A DNA stretch of 51,148 nucleotides from Lentisphaeria bacterium (GTDB lineage Bacteria; Verrucomicrobiota; Lentisphaeria; JABSQK01; CAJWLW01): positions 1-51,148 of the forward strand of contig CAUZJQ010000002.1 of the NCBI GenBank assembly GCA_963580095.1, given 5' to 3'. The position numbers and the translations under genes were made by a program. Below the pieces are notes generated by a model. The model had not been told where the DNA came from. It saw only the letters and a program-made list of their open reading frames with translations, and did no database searches. This document shows, one piece after another, positions 46,910-51,148 of the stretch (positions are counted from its first letter, which is position 1; every line of letters starts with the position of its first letter).

Positions 46910-46914
46910 GATCA

Positions 46915-49647
<2,733 letters not shown>

Positions 49648-50109
49648 TCGTTCGCCGCGTCCCTTCGCTGGCCATTAACGGCGTGTAGGAAATCGGTGGA
49701 AGGAGGGACCCGTCGGTCGGATTTTCCTGTTGCACCTTCCAGTGGGATGGCGTCATCGAAGGGGCTTTTGTTTGTTGGTTCATCGGCGTTACGAGGGTGC
49801 CCGAGCCACGTTGCTTCCGAGCGGTGATTCTCCGAGGATACGGAATTTCCAAGAATGATGAACCGGGACAACATCGAAGGCGGAAGGAACTCGCGTACCA
49901 CCATGCAGCGATGGCCATTATGGCAGCATTTTTCCATTTGACGTTGGACGTTCGGCGTTCGTATTACCGTTCAAACATCCAATGGAATAATAGCTTTTCA
50001 GTCGGATGTAAATGGGGGGAGCGAGACAGTATTACAAAATCCTTGTGTTCCGTTGTAAGTTAAGCCAACGTCTTGCAGCATTATCCAATCTAAAACCGGG
50101 GACGATATC

Positions 50110-50349
50110 ATGCCAGAAAGTGAATTCACAACAGTGTACGCCGGCAGACCTATCGATACTCATATTCTCAAGACAGTACTGGAGTTAGCCGGCCTGAACG
50201 TGTTCCTGAAAGACGAAATCATGGGCACGATGGTTAAAGGCGCTCAAGCTGTCGAAGTTGTCATTCCCACGGATGAGGTCGAGCAGGCAATCCCAATCGT
50301 GCAGCAATTCATAAAGGAAGCTACAGACCCGGCCAAGGACGATTCCTGA
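50110..50349 (+). CDS. Small DUF2007-like (putative signal-transducing) protein
   Basis: 79 aa with the pattern VY.......ILK.LLE..GI..F..DE and then a second beta-alpha unit. The family assignment is from memory. Confidence 0.6.
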   Translation: MPESEFTTVYAGRPIDTHILKTVLELAGLNVFLKDEIMGTMVKGAQAVEVVIPTDEVEQAIPIVQQFIKEATDPAKDDS

Positions 50350-50350
50350 A

Positions 50351-51148
50351 TTGCTCCTAAAAATCCAGAATCTTAAGACCTATTACACACTCCGGCGTGA
50401 GCATGGCCGGACGCCGACAGTCAAGGCAGTCGACGACGTCACACTGGCAGTCGATGCCGGTGAGATCCTCGGACTGGTCGGCGAATCCGGCTGCGGTAAA
50501 TCGACACTGGCCCGCTCAATCGTGCGGCTCACTGCAGTCAGCGCCGGCAGCATCCTGTTCGACGGCCGGGACCTGACCGCACTGCGGGCGGGCGAGCTGC
50601 AAAAGGCACGGACCGGGGTCCAGATGGTTTTCCAGGACCCGTACGCTTCGCTGAATCCGCGAATGACTGTTTTCGACGCACTTGCAGAACCGCTGCTGGT
50701 GCACGGACTGGCCGACAAATCGCATCTGCCGGAGCATGTGGCCGAATTGATGACACGCGTCGGACTGGAGCCGCAGATGATGCGCAAGTTCCCGCACGAA
50801 TTCTCCGGGGGCCAGCGCCAACGCATCGCTATTGCGCGTGCCCTGGCGGTCAAGCCGAAACTGCTAATCGCCGACGAACCGGTGTCGGCATTGGACGTGT
50901 CGATTCAGGCTCAGATCCTGAATCTCCTGACCGGCCTTTGCCGGGACATGAACATGGCAATGCTTTTCATCTCCCACGACCTTTCAGTTGTGCAGCATAT
51001 CGCCGATCGCGTCGCCGTGATGTATCTCGGCCGGATCATGGAAACCGGCCCGACCGAGACACTTTTTCAACAGCCGCTGCATCCCTATACAAAAACTTTG
51101 ATGCGTGCCATTCCGCTGCCGGATCCAGCCCAAGAAAGGACTCGCGAA
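50351..51148 (+). CDS. Oligopeptide/dipeptide-type ABC transporter ATP-binding protein (OppF/DppF-like), 3' partial
   Basis: Absent from the ORF track because the frame stays open to the window edge. My own translation gives LLLKIQNLKTYY, GLVGESGCGKSTL (Walker A), FSGGQRQR (signature), LLIADEPVSALD (Walker B) and ISHDL. The TTG start lies 1 nt after the upstream stop. Confidence 0.9.
   Translation, partial: MLLKIQNLKTYYTLRREHGRTPTVKAVDDVTLAVDAGEILGLVGESGCGKSTLARSIVRLTAVSAGSILFDGRDLTALRAGELQKARTGVQMVFQDPYASLNPRMTVFDALAEPLLVHGLADKSHLPEHVAELMTRVGLEPQMMRKFPHEFSGGQRQRIAIARALAVKPKLLIADEPVSALDVSIQAQILNLLTGLCRDMNMAMLFISHDLSVVQHIADRVAVMYLGRIMETGPTETLFQQPLHPYTKTLMRAIPLPDPAQERTRE

Noticed and set aside
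49780-49850. tRNA-like start GGTGCCCGAGC, together with the 97- and 101-aa minus-strand ORFs in the 49648-50109 gap.
   Set aside because: No acceptor, T-arm or anticodon-arm complementarity follows, so it is not a tRNA. The ORFs have no signal, no motif and odd composition. The gap is left unassigned.

Overview
This is a 51.1-kb, mostly GC-rich chromosomal segment with about 42 supportable protein genes. I recognised no rRNA, tRNA, CRISPR array, transposase or integrase. A prepilin-leader protein of the [16 protein letters not shown]...FVDGHV class, many lipoproteins and frequent weak or absent Shine-Dalgarno sites suggest a PVC-group bacterium (Verrucomicrobiota, Kiritimatiellota, Lentisphaerota or Planctomycetota). 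That assignment is inference only. The left 19.7 kb is one minus-strand block. It holds an M16C (PreP-like) peptidase, a two-gene module (thioester alpha-2-macroglobulin-like protein plus a secreted partner), and a tightly overlapping heavy-metal RND efflux operon with atypical parts. Those parts are a Cys-rich secreted protein, a YHS-DUF2231-like membrane protein, two tandem outer-membrane factors, an adaptor with two metal-binding modules and an HHEGS-repeat tail, a 1319-aa CusA/CzcA-like pump with extra TM helices, and a His-tailed lipoprotein. An AT-richer ~1.9-kb patch (19.7-21.6 kb) carries an FAD oxidoreductase and gene relics. The rest mixes accessory and housekeeping genes. Accessory genes include a His/Cys-rich protein plus an H6-bearing outer-membrane barrel, a prepilin-like protein, fucI plus a rhaB-like kinase, two related lipoproteins, and a Zn-ribbon TPR protein plus a Cld-family protein. 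Housekeeping genes include efp-epmA, rpoZ, rnd, rsmB-like, ogt, thiG-thiE, an SNF2 helicase, and a partial OppF-like ATPase that the ORF track misses. The best candidates for undescribed biology are the A2M/partner module, the elaborated metal-efflux operon, the paralogous lipoprotein pair, and a Lys-rich repeat protein behind an AT-rich leader. All family names come from motif recognition by eye, because no searches could be run.
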